64,000 bases of DNA, taken from Fistulifera solaris. Lineage: Eukaryota. Of the stretch, positions 23,700-35,044 are shown in pieces. A program made the translations under genes and the position numbers. Where the stretch lies: positions 372,001-436,000 of the forward strand of contig AP026131.1 of assembly GCA_030295235.1 (NCBI GenBank), read 5' to 3'. The notes under the pieces are model-generated. The model had not been told where the DNA came from. It saw nothing but the letters and a program-made list of their open reading frames with translations, and did not search any database. Position 1 is the stretch's first letter, and each line of letters opens with the position of its first letter.

Positions 23700-24217
23700 A
23701 CTGCAAACAAGGTGTATTATCAGATGTTCTAACGAGAGGCGGATCGATTTTGAATGCGATGAAAAATCCTTACAGCAATGTGTCAGGAAATATGGCATCT
23801 TCAAACGGTTCGGATATTTTTTGCGTCTGCAAAAAATGGAAACTACGTCATCATTCGACGGACTGGGACATCTGCTCGTTCGAAAAACTAAGGTGAAGAT
23901 TCAACTAAGATTACCATGGTAACGGATAACGAATGATTCATCCTCTCACTAGTTGTGGTAGATCAAAATGACCATTGATTGCTTGCGCAAGCATGTGATC
24001 AAATAGCTGAGCTGAAAATATTAACATAAAGAACTTAACCATTAATGTAGAGAACCTTGTTGTGTTGCGGACCTTCGCCAACGCCTTGCCAATCAAGACT
24101 TTAATAAACACAACTTGTAGCATTGCCTTGGCGTTTCATGATATAAAGCAACTTGTAGAACTAGGTCTGGTATTCGTATCGTTGGAACCCTGTATCGCAC
24201 CCAAGCAACTTGAACCT

Positions 24218-27200
24218 TCACATTCTTTCCAGACTATGGCGAAGGTAATCGGCAGCTAGACCCCCACTAGTATCCATCAACATTGCCAACGATTGACCTG
24301 AAATAGGTGATTCCGTCAACGTATCTTGCAAATCGTTGGTAGCGACGTGGTTCGGGACAAACCTAGCGATGAGAGTCAAGTAGTATCCATGACACTCGGT
24401 CAAAACATATTTGAATCCCTCAATAAGATCAACCTGCTCTGGCGATAGCTTCTTGGATTTTTCGTTTTTGTAATAATTGAGTAATTGACAGACGCGCTGG
24501 ATCATATGCGAAAGTAGCGGATCAAGGTAGCCCAGTATACTCGATTTCACCAAGCGCAGTTTGTCATACAATTCATCACCGTCACTCATTGCATCAGATT
24601 TTGAGCTTAGCACTTCTCCGATGTGCAGAGAAAGGCCGGTCTTCAGCGTCTCTCCAGCCATATGCCACCACCGGAGCACCAGCGACTTCGTCGATCCGTC
24701 AGAAGCTGCCCCGAGACACCACTTCAACACATTCTCCACCGACACATGCCTGAGACGTAGACAATGCATGACACATCCTTCCATGATACTTCTTGAATAT
24801 GAGGTAGAGTCCATGATCAATTTAAGTATTAACAAATCTCTTGACTCGACAGGGTCAGCCCCATGGGCAGTCGTCTCTTCAGCAACTACTTTTTCCAAGA
24901 CACCGGCGATCGCATGTTTCAGCTTGTCCATCTTCTCCAAAATCAAAGAAAGAGGATCGGGGTCATCGTCTCTAGCAACCATCTCCACTTCAGAGTCTTC
25001 GCGGTCTATTGCCTTGTTGATTCGATTCTTAGTTATTTTCCATGATCTCTTTGCTGGAGACAAAGTGCACCATACAACACTTTGACTTTCCCAAATTTGT
25101 TGTCCGGTGAACTGGCAAGTGACTCCGAGAATTCTTCCGATAACATGTGGTTCAGCAACATATCGGAATCTAGACTTCCTCCCCAGATCCGTTTTGCCAA
25201 CTCCTCGGCAAGGGAGGAAATCGCATCGATAATAAGTTCGGGTGGCACGATCAACTGACCTGCAATTGCGCTCTTTGTAGGCTGGCAAACCGTCACGATG
25301 GAATCAACGTTGCTTACATTCTCCATCATCAGTGCCAACGCGCTCTTGACAAATGATCCGCGGCTATTCGACCATCCATATAAAACAAATGGCTCCCAGT
25401 GTTTCCAGTACGCACTTGGCCATTGGTAATCTGTGTTCGTTAGATGGAAAGCAAACCATTTGCTCAGGTTGTAAATCGCCACGGGGACTAAAGCTGGCAT
25501 GTAATCTTCGACGAGTGTTGATACCCCTAGGGCAATAGCAGGGGAGAAAGCTGTTGGCTCTAATCTCGTCAGCTCCAACAACACACGTGACAAATACATA
25601 ACTCGTAAACTTGATCCACGGTCTCCTTGCGTTATAAGTGACAGAATTACTTCAAGAATGCAGTATTCGATGCCCATTGCTTTTTCTCCAGTAAGAAGGT
25701 GGCGGAGCGCCCATATCTGCTCGGCGACTCCTTTTGGTGAGCCATGTTCCACTCCGGTCGGTGTCACGGTGCTTTCGTGGCACAATAAACAATTTCGTAC
25801 TGCTTCCCCTATGAAAAAGCGATCGACCATTCCAAACTTTTCGCGATAGCACTGCAGACGCTCACTTACGGGAGTATCGTCTTCCATTTCTTCATCGTCT
25901 TCATCTTTTGCCTCGGGTGGAGGCCCGAAAATGGGAAGACGGCCGACAACTATTGCATCCAAGGATGTTCTCGCTAACTTCGTTTCCGGGGCGACGTCAC
26001 CTCCAAGCAGCATAGTAAGCACACGACAAGTCGGAAAGAGCTGTAAGAGCATGGCTTGGCCGCTGAATGTCAGAGGACTTATAGACGCAGATTCTTCCGC
26101 GCTTTGCTCTGCTCCTTCAGCGCCGTCATTGTTCTGTGTACCTGGAGCTGACATTGCTTGCCACGGAGCGTCAGTAAACAAGGCGAAGCGAGGCTCAATG
26201 CCACCATCGTTCAATGAATGCTTAAGCGTACGTAATAGGTCCTGGAAGCTATCACAAACTGCACCAGAGTCTTCTCCTTCGTCTTCGTCTTCCTCCTCGT
26301 CTTCTTCGTCCCCAGCTTCTCCTACATCCTCGTAACGCTCCGCTTTCAAAAGTATGGACGAGCTCCCAATTCCCGGCGCAAAAGCTGATTGGTAGGCTTC
26401 CATTGTTTCCTGAAGTGGATCCACAAGGTTCTCTGATATCCAGTCGGATGAAACCATGTCTCGGATGTAAGGAATCGTGTCCCAAACCAAATGAGCCAGA
26501 ATACAAGCCACCGATTTATTCGTAGAGTATCGTTCACTGCCAGCTTGTATGGCGGCTTGTACCATGGCGTCCAAAAGACCCATTAACGTGACCGGACGCT
26601 GATTGGTAGCCGCCAATACAGCAGACTGATCGTTGATGTCGTTTGCTGCAACAATACCCATTTTTGCCAAGTTCGCCAAATAGCGCAACGTTAATCTCAT
26701 CCGAACTACGGCTCGCGGTCGGTCTTGGTGAATCGCCACTGCTGCTGTGTTACTGCCCAAACACGCTGGATCCAACAAGGTATGATCCAAATCCCTTGCC
26801 AAGAAGCGGAGCGCGTATTCGACACAACGATTACTCACACCCGCAAACGCCGAAGCGCGAAGAGCTGTGTGTTCGTGTACCGACAAAGTCAGCGCCGCGT
26901 AACAGGGCGTTTGCAGCGGTAAAACCGACTGACAGTGTATCAAGCTGGAAACGAAAGGACCAGCTAGTTTGTCGGCTTGCACAACGGAAGCATCGCGTTC
27001 GTACTCGAGAAACATTTCCGCTTGCGGGCCACAGAGAAAGTCGGTGAGTGCCTTAATTTTCTCCGTTTGAGAGATTACCACCGGTCGTTGATTCGTTTCT
27101 TCGCTAACAGATGACGGTACTTCAAGCTCTCCCACTTTGTTGATCAACTGTTGCAGTTGACGCAGAGCGGCCCGTTTGGGATCCTGCTCGTGCACATCGG

Positions 27201-27459
27201 CTTGAAATCGATTGCCGGCCTCCCGGCGCGGCGGCGGACCTCTGCCTCCGCCTTGGAAGCCTCCTCGACGATAAGGATGATGTTGTTGTTGATGATGGTG
27301 GTGGGAAGAATAATTGCGTCCTCGTCCACGATAAGTGCCTCGTCCTCGATAGTTGTTATGATGACGCCCTCGGCCACCGTGTCCGTAATGATTGCTGTGT
27401 CGATCCGATGAGAAGTCTCGGCGCTCATCGCGTCGGTCGGATGATAATGGACGATCCAT
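24218..27459 (-). CDS. NCBP1: Nuclear cap-binding protein subunit 1 (CBP80); frameshift near 25070
   Basis: Arg/Gly-rich N-terminus, LPLQTPCYAAL, and KWFAFHLTNTDYQWP..W MIF4G-like motif. Confidence 0.8.
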
Positions 27460-27589
27460 GTCTTTTCAAATAATCAAATGATAATGCTAAAATCTTCGCT
27501 ATGTGAGCATTCGACGGCTCTCATCATCGTCGCTCGTCGCTCCTGCTGGCATCTGGCACCGCAAGAAACGAACGTCGAACGGACAGCAA

Positions 27590-28680
27590 ACGAAAGGAAA
27601 TGGAAATTCCAGAAATTCTGGAGGTCTTATTTATGATCATACAGAAATTCTGGAGGTCTTATTTATGTTCATACAGAAATTCTGTGGTGATCCAGAAATT
27701 CTGGACCAGTTGTTTCGATACGAACGAAAAGCTGTGCTCGTTCCAGAACTTCTGGCAATGGTGTTTTAAATCATAACGAATGCAAATGCGCGTTCCAGAA
27801 TATCTGGAAATGTTAATTTGGATCATAACGAAAGGAAGTGGAAATTCCAGAAATTCTGGAAATCTTATTTCTGTTGATACAGAAATTCTGTGTTGGTCCA
27901 GAAATTCTGGACCAGTTTTTTCGATCCTTACGATAAGCTGTGCATGTTCCAGAACTTCTGGCAATGGTGTTTTGGATCATAACGAAAGCAAATGCGCATT
28001 CCAAAATTTCTGGATATTGTTATTTGGATCATAACGAAAGGAAATGGAAATTCCAGAAATTCTGGAAATCTTTTTCTGTTGATACAGAAATTCTGTGGTG
28101 GTCCAGAAATTTTGGACCAGTTGTTTCGATCCTCACGAGAAGCTGTGCTCGTTCCAGAACTTCTGACAATGGTGTTTTGGATCATAACGAATGCAAATGC
28201 GCGTTCCAGAATCTCTGGAAATTGTTATTTGGATCATAATGAAAGGAAGTGGAAATTCCAGAAATTCTGGAAATCTTATTTCTGTTGATACAGAAATTCT
28301 GTGTTGGTCCAGAAATTCTGGACCAGTTTTTTCGATCCTTACGATAAGCTGTGCATGTTCCAGAACTTCTGGACAGGGTTGTTTGGATCGTAACGAAAGC
28401 ACATGCGCGTTCCAGAATTTTTGAGAATTTCTGGAAAAATGTGTTTTGGATCATAACGAAAGGAAGCGGAAAATCCAGAAATTCTGGAAATCTTATTTCT
28501 GTTCATACAGAAATTCTGTGGTTGTCCAGAAATTTTGGACCAGTTTTTTCGATTCTAACGAAAAGCTGTGCTCGCTCCATCACTCGCCCACATTTTCTGG
28601 ACACGTCAAAACATCACCCGCCCACATTTTCTGGACAATTGAAAATACCACGTGCCTGGATTTTTCTGGCCAAGTTGAAA
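27590..28680. repeat. Tandem array F, ~4.7 units of ~205 bp with about five CCAGAAATTCTGG dyads each
   Basis: A(A/C)ATGCGC(G/A)TTCCA recurs at ~27784, 27990, 28195 and 28400; lies between divergent genes. Confidence 0.95.
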
Positions 28681-28866
28681 CATACCACATGCCCAAGTGA
28701 AAGATGGAAACAATATAAATACGTTATTATATCTTGTTCATTATTCAATTCAACTCTTTTCTTACAAACCGAATCAAGCAAGTCAAGTCGGAAAGCACGC
28801 GACAACCGTTTCGCTTTTGAAGAGATCGGCCTATTTCGCTCACGTACTGTTTCTAGACACAAGAAA

Positions 28867-29376
28867 ATGTTTTTCCCAATCCAATTATATCACTGCGTCA
28901 TCCTTCTTGCAACAAACTTGTTTGTTGTACAAGCATGGCAGAGTTCGTTTACCGGTGTCGCCATGTCGCGCAAAAAGTATTGGGCGTCAAGTTGGACCAT
29001 GCGTGACAGATCCGCAAGTATGGCGTTTCGCGTCGGAGATCGTGTCCAAGTGACGGAAGATCTGGTCTATCGCGACATGAAGTTGAAACACCGTCAAGGG
29101 ATTGTCGTGGAAACGTGGGAAAAATGTGAAGTCGATCCGACGTGTTGTTGTGCCGAGCAAGTGGACGTCAATATGGCCGTGCGTGTGGATTTTCAGCAAG
29201 AGGGTGGTGTCGTATTTACTCACTACTTTGGGGAAGATGAACTAGCTTTAGTTGCAAAGAAGAATGAAGCATTTGACGGCATAACTTGCACAGCATTCAA
29301 GCTAGAGCAGCTCGAACGCAATCAAAAACCGAGATCGATCGCATCCTTTAATCCGAATCAAACGGAGGACGATTGA
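28867..29376 (+). CDS. Plastid-targeted protein resembling the ferredoxin-thioredoxin reductase variable (SH3-like) subunit, with a Cys-rich insert
   Basis: Signal peptide ending VQA-W, then FRVGDRVQV...G.V...VRVDF...HYFGEDEL; CEVDPTCCCAE insert. Confidence 0.5.
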   Translation: MFFPIQLYHCVILLATNLFVVQAWQSSFTGVAMSRKKYWASSWTMRDRSASMAFRVGDRVQVTEDLVYRDMKLKHRQGIVVETWEKCEVDPTCCCAEQVDVNMAVRVDFQQEGGVVFTHYFGEDELALVAKKNEAFDGITCTAFKLEQLERNQKPRSIASFNPNQTEDD

Positions 29377-29454
29377 TATTCTACAAACTCCATAATTTAT
29401 AAAACAATAACACCGCGTACTTATCTTTTCGTCGAATGCTACTCGAGTAAATAT

Positions 29455-30300
29455 TCAGTCTGCTTGCGAAACTCTATCCCTCAAAACCGGCACTTCGTAA
29501 ATAAAATCACCACCTTTCTCGGGACGTTGTGTGACTCGGTGCAAATTGCACAAGAGCAATAACATTGCTCGTGCGGTAGCTTCTCCATAACGAAAGAACG
29601 AACAATATTGTCGAATCTCTTGTTCCGTGACCCAGGAATCACCCGTTTGTTCCAGTAACTGCTCCAAATCCGAAAGAGCGTCATTGAGCATGGCAACGGA
29701 AATACCACTCCGCATGGTCCGAGGAATCGATAATTCCAATTCGTCCTTCGTGATGCGCTCAAATTGAATCGGCCAGGATTCCAGCGAAGTAGTATCGACA
29801 ACGACCGGAGGTGTTTTTGGTCTTGTTGTTAAAAATTGTTGTCGTCGCTCGAAACTCTGTCGAATATCACTATTCTTTCTCGGCGGGTCGTTGGACAATG
29901 GCAATTGAGTTGCGGAAGAAGGGAACCTTGTCGAATTAGAGGATTGTTGTTGTAAAATACTGGATGATAGTGAAGTGCTTTCACCGCGATGTGCTTGGTC
30001 CAACATTAATATTAAAGCGTGTCGTCGTTCAATGGCCCGTTTTTCGAGGAGCTCCATTTCGTGGATTACCGCCGCTTCTTCTTCAAGTCTTTTCTGCGTG
30101 ATTTCAACGGAACGCTCCAAAGCAGCAACGCGATCACACAATTGCAACAAGCGCTTCCGTATCGCAGGTGAATGTTGCTGTTCTTTCCGTAACAGCATCG
30201 ACGCTAGTTGTTGCGACTCGTGCAGCAGAGCTGTCAGCCCCGCGGCTATATCATGACTCAAGTCATCGGTGAATGGCGGCTCATGGGCTTGATCGGACAT
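29455..30300 (-). CDS. SKA1: Spindle and kinetochore-associated protein 1
   Basis: N-terminal coiled coil, linker, and C-terminal ITKDEL..IPRTMR...LNDAL...VTEQEI...ARAMLLLLCNLHRV microtubule-binding pattern. Confidence 0.7.
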   Translation of the reverse strand: MSDQAHEPPFTDDLSHDIAAGLTALLHESQQLASMLLRKEQQHSPAIRKRLLQLCDRVAALERSVEITQKRLEEEAAVIHEMELLEKRAIERRHALILMLDQAHRGESTSLSSSILQQQSSNSTRFPSSATQLPLSNDPPRKNSDIRQSFERRQQFLTTRPKTPPVVVDTTSLESWPIQFERITKDELELSIPRTMRSGISVAMLNDALSDLEQLLEQTGDSWVTEQEIRQYCSFFRYGEATARAMLLLLCNLHRVTQRPEKGGDFIYEVPVLRDRVSQAD

Positions 30301-30684
30301 ATTGATGCATTTTTCTTTATATTGTTCTTGCGAGTGTTGGAAAGAAGGATGCAGTCATCGGCCATTTAGGTACGATGTTGAGATTAATGCGAATGAATGC
30401 GATGCGCGCAGTGCGAGCTGTCATTTTTTTTGACGGCAGAAAAGTGAGAGGCCGTCGAGGGTTGGGGGTAAACGCAAACACGAAGACAAACGTTTCTTTA
30501 TTCATTATTCATTACCTAACAGAGTAGGGTCTAGTTTAATCGACGTTGCGAACTGATCCGTGCACTGCGAATGATGATGATGAGATAATAGGGTCGTATT
30601 TGAAGCACATACATTCGACAAGCTTGTAGGACGGATGAAGGTAACATGTAAGGTAGCAGTCTGGCTTGAAAGACTATAGACGAC

Positions 30685-30738
30685 TCATGACTTAAATGCA
30701 GTCGTGTTGAAATATGAACGACACTTTGGGCATATAGT
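30685..30738 (-). promoter_or_regulatory. Bipartite motif copy 3
   Basis: Reverse complement reads ACTATATGCCCAAAGTGT..CACGACTGCATTTAAGTCATGA; immediately beside array E. Confidence 0.55.
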
Positions 30739-30801
30739 GAATACGGAAAACGACGTTTCATCTATACGTTCCAAGTCAGTGTGAGTTTTTTGGAAAAATT
30801 C

Positions 30802-32206
30802 CAATGAGAACTCATAAAAGTCTTAAACCGATTATTCATTTTGTTCTATCCGAGCTTGTGCCGTTCCATTATTTGTTTTCAGTAGTGGGAGCGTTACTGC
30901 AATCTGGTCGCGGTCTCGTACAACCAACACACTGATCCTATAGTGACAATAGCAGTCAACGATCCGGACGCTCTTCGAAGGTGTAAATCAAGACATTGCG
31001 TGTCAAATGAGAATTCGTAAAAGTCTTTAAATTGATTATTCATTTTGTTCTATCATTTATGGCCGAGCTTGTCGCCGTTCCATTCGTTTTCTTTAGTTGG
31101 AAATTGGAGCATGACTGAAATCCAGTCGCGGTCTCGTACAACCAACACACTGATCCTATAGTGACAATAGCAGTCAACGATCCGGACGCTCTTCGAAGGT
31201 GTAAATCAAGACGTTGCGTTTCAAATGAGAATTCGTAAAAGTCTTTAAATTGATTATTCATTTTGCTCTATCATTGGTGGCCGAGGTTGTCGCCGTTCCA
31301 TTCGTTTTCTTTAGTTGGAAATTGGAGCATGACTGAAATCCAGTCGCGGTCTCGTACAACCAACACACTGATCCTATAGTGATAATAGCAGTCAACGATC
31401 CGGACGCTCTTCGAAGGTGTAAATCAAGACGTTGCGTGTCAAATGAGAATTCGTAAAAGTCTTTAAATTGATTATTCATTTTGCTCTATCATTGGTGGCC
31501 GAGGTTGTCGCCGTTCCATTCGTTTTCTTTAGTTGGAAATTGGAGCATGACTGAAATCCAGTCGCGGTCTCGTACAACCAACACACTGATCCTATAGTGA
31601 TAATAGCAGTCAACGATCCGGACGCTCTTCGAAGGTGTAAATCAAGACGTTGCGTTTCAAATGAGAATTCGTAAAAGTCTTTAAATTGATTATTCATTTT
31701 GTTCTATCATTTATGGCCGAGCTTGTCGCCGTTCCATTCGTTTTCTTTAGTTGGAAATTGGAGCATGACTGAAATCCAGTCGCGGTCTCGTACAACCAAC
31801 ACACTGATCCTATAGTGATAATAGCAGTCAACGATCCGGACGCTCTTCGAAGGTGTAAATCAAGACGTTGCGTTTCAAATGAGAATTCGTAAAAGTCTTT
31901 AAATTGATTATTCATTTTGTTCTATCATTTATGGCCGAGCTTGTCGCCGTTCCATTCGTTTTCTTTAGTTGGAAATGGGAGCATGACTGAAATCCAGTCG
32001 CGGTCTCGTACAACCAACACACTGATCCTATAGTGATAATAGCAGTCAACGATCCGGACGCTCTTCGAAGGTGTAAATCAAGACGTTGCGTTTCAAATGA
32101 GAATTCGTAAAAGTCTTTAAATTGATTATTCATTTTGTTCTATCATTTGTGGCCGAGCTTGTCGCCGTTCCATTCGTTTTCTGTAGTTAGGTTGGAGCAT
32201 GACTGA
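30802..32206. repeat. Tandem array E, ~6.4 copies of a 218-bp unit
   Basis: Exact 218-bp period (31040, 31258, 31476, 31694, 31912); inner units differ by a few SNPs. Confidence 0.97.
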
Positions 32207-32224
32207 GTACAAATAGCACAGGGT

Positions 32225-32713
32225 TTCATCCATTGTCCATTGGGTCAGTTGTGTTTCTCTAACTTGTATTAGGGATTCGGGAAAGGACGTTAAAATTCTG
32301 CCTCTCAGTACAAGTTTCTCACGTGAGAGCCTACCGCAATGCAGAATTTTAACGTCGCTTCCGGTTCTCTTGTAGGGATAGGACGTAAGCATAGTAAATT
32401 CTAGCCATTTTTTAGCACAGTTGGTTACTCTCCGGTTCACGAAACCGGAGGGGCGAGGTTCGACACGGTGGTTGATCTTGGCGCCCAGCAGAGTCCTGAG
32501 ATGAGCGAGGACCCCCGGTCGTGTCTGAATCAGACAGGAGCCCCTCTGTTCGCATGATTCACATGTTTGACCTGGCAGCGGTTCGGTGTTCGGTGGAATT
32601 CATCCATTGTCCATAGGGTCAGTTGTGTTTCTCTGACTTGTATAAGGGATTTGGTCCTCTTGTAGGGAAAGGACGTAAGACGTAAGCATAGTAAATTCTA
32701 GAGAGCCATTTTT
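32225..32713 (+). mobile_element. tRNA-headed SINE-like (Pol III) element with a duplicated 3' segment
   Basis: Box A TAGCACAGTTGG (32413-24), stem CTCCGGTT/AACCGGAG, box B GGTTCGACACG (32457-67); direct repeats 32225-32412 and 32599-32713 both end in GCCATTTTT. Confidence 0.55.
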
Positions 32714-33004
32714 GTAGGAGGGTCGTCGTTCCCAGCTCTAACCTTAGCAGCTGCTAATTACTATGGAATAGAGAGCAGTGTCCTTGTTGTCTCAGCCGGA
32801 TAACAATTTCCTAAGTAGTATTTTTCCAGCGGGTGCCGGTTAAAAATAGCGGAAACAAAAAGATGGGAGATGCGGCGGGAGACGACGATGGGAACCCTCG
32901 GCGCTATTATCGTCGCGACAGCATCATGCAGGCATTGCCCTGTCGCAAGATTTGTCATTGCGATCGACTTCCCTGCTTCTTATAAAGTATTTTACAAAGT
33001 CAAA

Positions 33005-34575
33005 ATGGAGACGCAAGCAAAGATACTGAAAGATGAACCTTCTTTGGAGATCGTTTCAAACGATGAGCTGTCGTTGATATTGCAGGCATTCCCATCGTCT
33101 CGGTTTTATCCCAGCTTTGTATTTGGTAAGGGTGAACGCTTCATGTATAAACTAAAAACGAGAGCTGGAGACTTTCGACGATGTTGTTGGTTGGGAAAAA
33201 TATCGATTACGAACTTGCCACATGGTTTGAAAATGAAACTATCCTCTCTATGAGTAAGGGAACACTCTGGGAATTCGCGGGACGCCCGTTTATGTTTCGC
33301 ACTTGGCGATAGTGGGGAAACACGTAACGCAGAACTTTTGTTAATTGCGCAATCTTTGGGAAAACGGACGCCGCAATAGCCCGAGGCAACGTTTTTGTTG
33401 TCTTTGAAACATTTCTCAGGATTTGGCGCATCGCCGTGGTCGAATACTATGACGATCATACTCCTACTGAACACGATGAGTTTAGCTTCGATGTCGCCTC
33501 CCTCTCGCCACAGCAGTTGACGCATATACCGACGAATCCCCATCGCATGATCGAGTTAGAGACAGGTGTCTGGACTCCAGAACAATCCGTCATCCTCGCT
33601 TCAAGGCCGTACACTATGACTTTGAAGTTAACGAATCGTTCTTGGGGATGGGGCGGCATTAATAATTTCGAATTTCAGGACAAAGGCGCTGCATTTGTAG
33701 CCGCACTTGAAAAACGGCAACGCTCTTTTGGCTCTCTTCGATTGCCATGGACCCGGAAGACATGTTTATCAGCAGTGACAATCTCAAAAAAAATGTTGAA
33801 ACTGGATGTCTTCCACACCTTTTCTTCCGATGGACTGAACAAGGAATACCTGCTCCTTCCCTTCTCCACCAAGGTGCACACTCTCCACTGCGTGATCGAC
33901 GCAGAGCGTTATAAGCCAAAACATTTCGACAACCTCGACATCGTTGCAAGCGAGCTTCATTTGAAAATGTGTAATTTTTGTTACGCGAGAGAATCTTCTG
34001 CATTCTCTCTTTCATCGACTCTCTGTATTGGGCCACTTCGAGAAGTTCGGGGATTCAATCGGATGTTGAGGATAATTCATGGATGGATGCCGATGATTTT
34101 GACGACGAAACTTCTGAAGGCATTGAACGTCTTGTACAGACATTGATCCATGCAATCAATGCCAATCCGAACTTGTCATGTTTGGATTTAGGCTCTGCTG
34201 AATATCTTTTTAATTTGTCTCCCAAACTACTTGACAATCTTTTGCTCGCTTTTGAGCAGCATGAAGGATTCGCGCACGGTATTTATAGACTGCCGGCGAA
34301 ATTTCAACTATCCCGCATTGGAGACGTTGCTCTCACGTAATCTTGACATCACAGTGCGCGACGGTTCAGGAAAAAGGATCTCAAACGGCAAAACCATCGA
34401 ATGGCTGTATCTGAAGAATGGATCAGCAAGACTTGTGACAAAGTCTGTTCCAGTGCGACCACAATTGCTTGCGACTGCGCTACTCGAAATCGCGTCCAGA
34501 AACTTTCATTACTCTGCATTCTTATTGTCAGAACATTCTGATGTTCTATGCGAATTGATTGAAGGTATATTTTAG
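33005..34575 (+). pseudogene. Disrupted RNI/LRR-like hypothetical gene
   Basis: Several overlapping frames with stops or frameshifts; LIHAINANPNLSCLDL and ALLEIASRNFHYSAFLLSEHSDVLCELI segments. Confidence 0.55.
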
Positions 34576-35044
34576 ACGAGCAGAGCTGACAAGGGTCGTG
34601 CAAAGCACCGATAGACATCCTCGTGAATGTCAGCTAAAGTGTTACATTCTACACCGAAAAATTCACCGTAACACTAACGCCTTACACTCGTAATACATTA
34701 GTTCTGACTATTGTGAGCAATTCTTTTAAGTCAAAAATGCAGAGCGGACAGATGAAGCTGGGGGTGAGTTAGCAGTCTGGCTCTACCGAATATGTAAAAC
34801 AGACGGAAATTCTGTTTGATGTACCTTTCCATAATTTTTCCACGACGACGACGACGACGACGCTGCAAACGATCGTCATTTTATTGAAAGTCTATTCTTT
34901 TGATAAATCACAACTCTTGGTCATTTTATATCATTTAGTAACATATCTCATATGCGTTGAGACTGAAATAGACGAAAAACTTGTGCTCAAGACAATCATC
35001 AGAATAATAAGTTCGAAAAGGCGCGCCGTGCTCAGCAGTCAAAC

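Noticed and set aside
32405..32480. Functional tRNA gene
   Set aside because: Boxes A and B are present, but there is no acceptor stem or proper T-stem and the anticodon arm is non-canonical.
32430..32520. Hammerhead ribozyme (GAAAC and CTGAGATGAG)
   Set aside because: No intact CUGANGA core with correctly ordered stems could be built.
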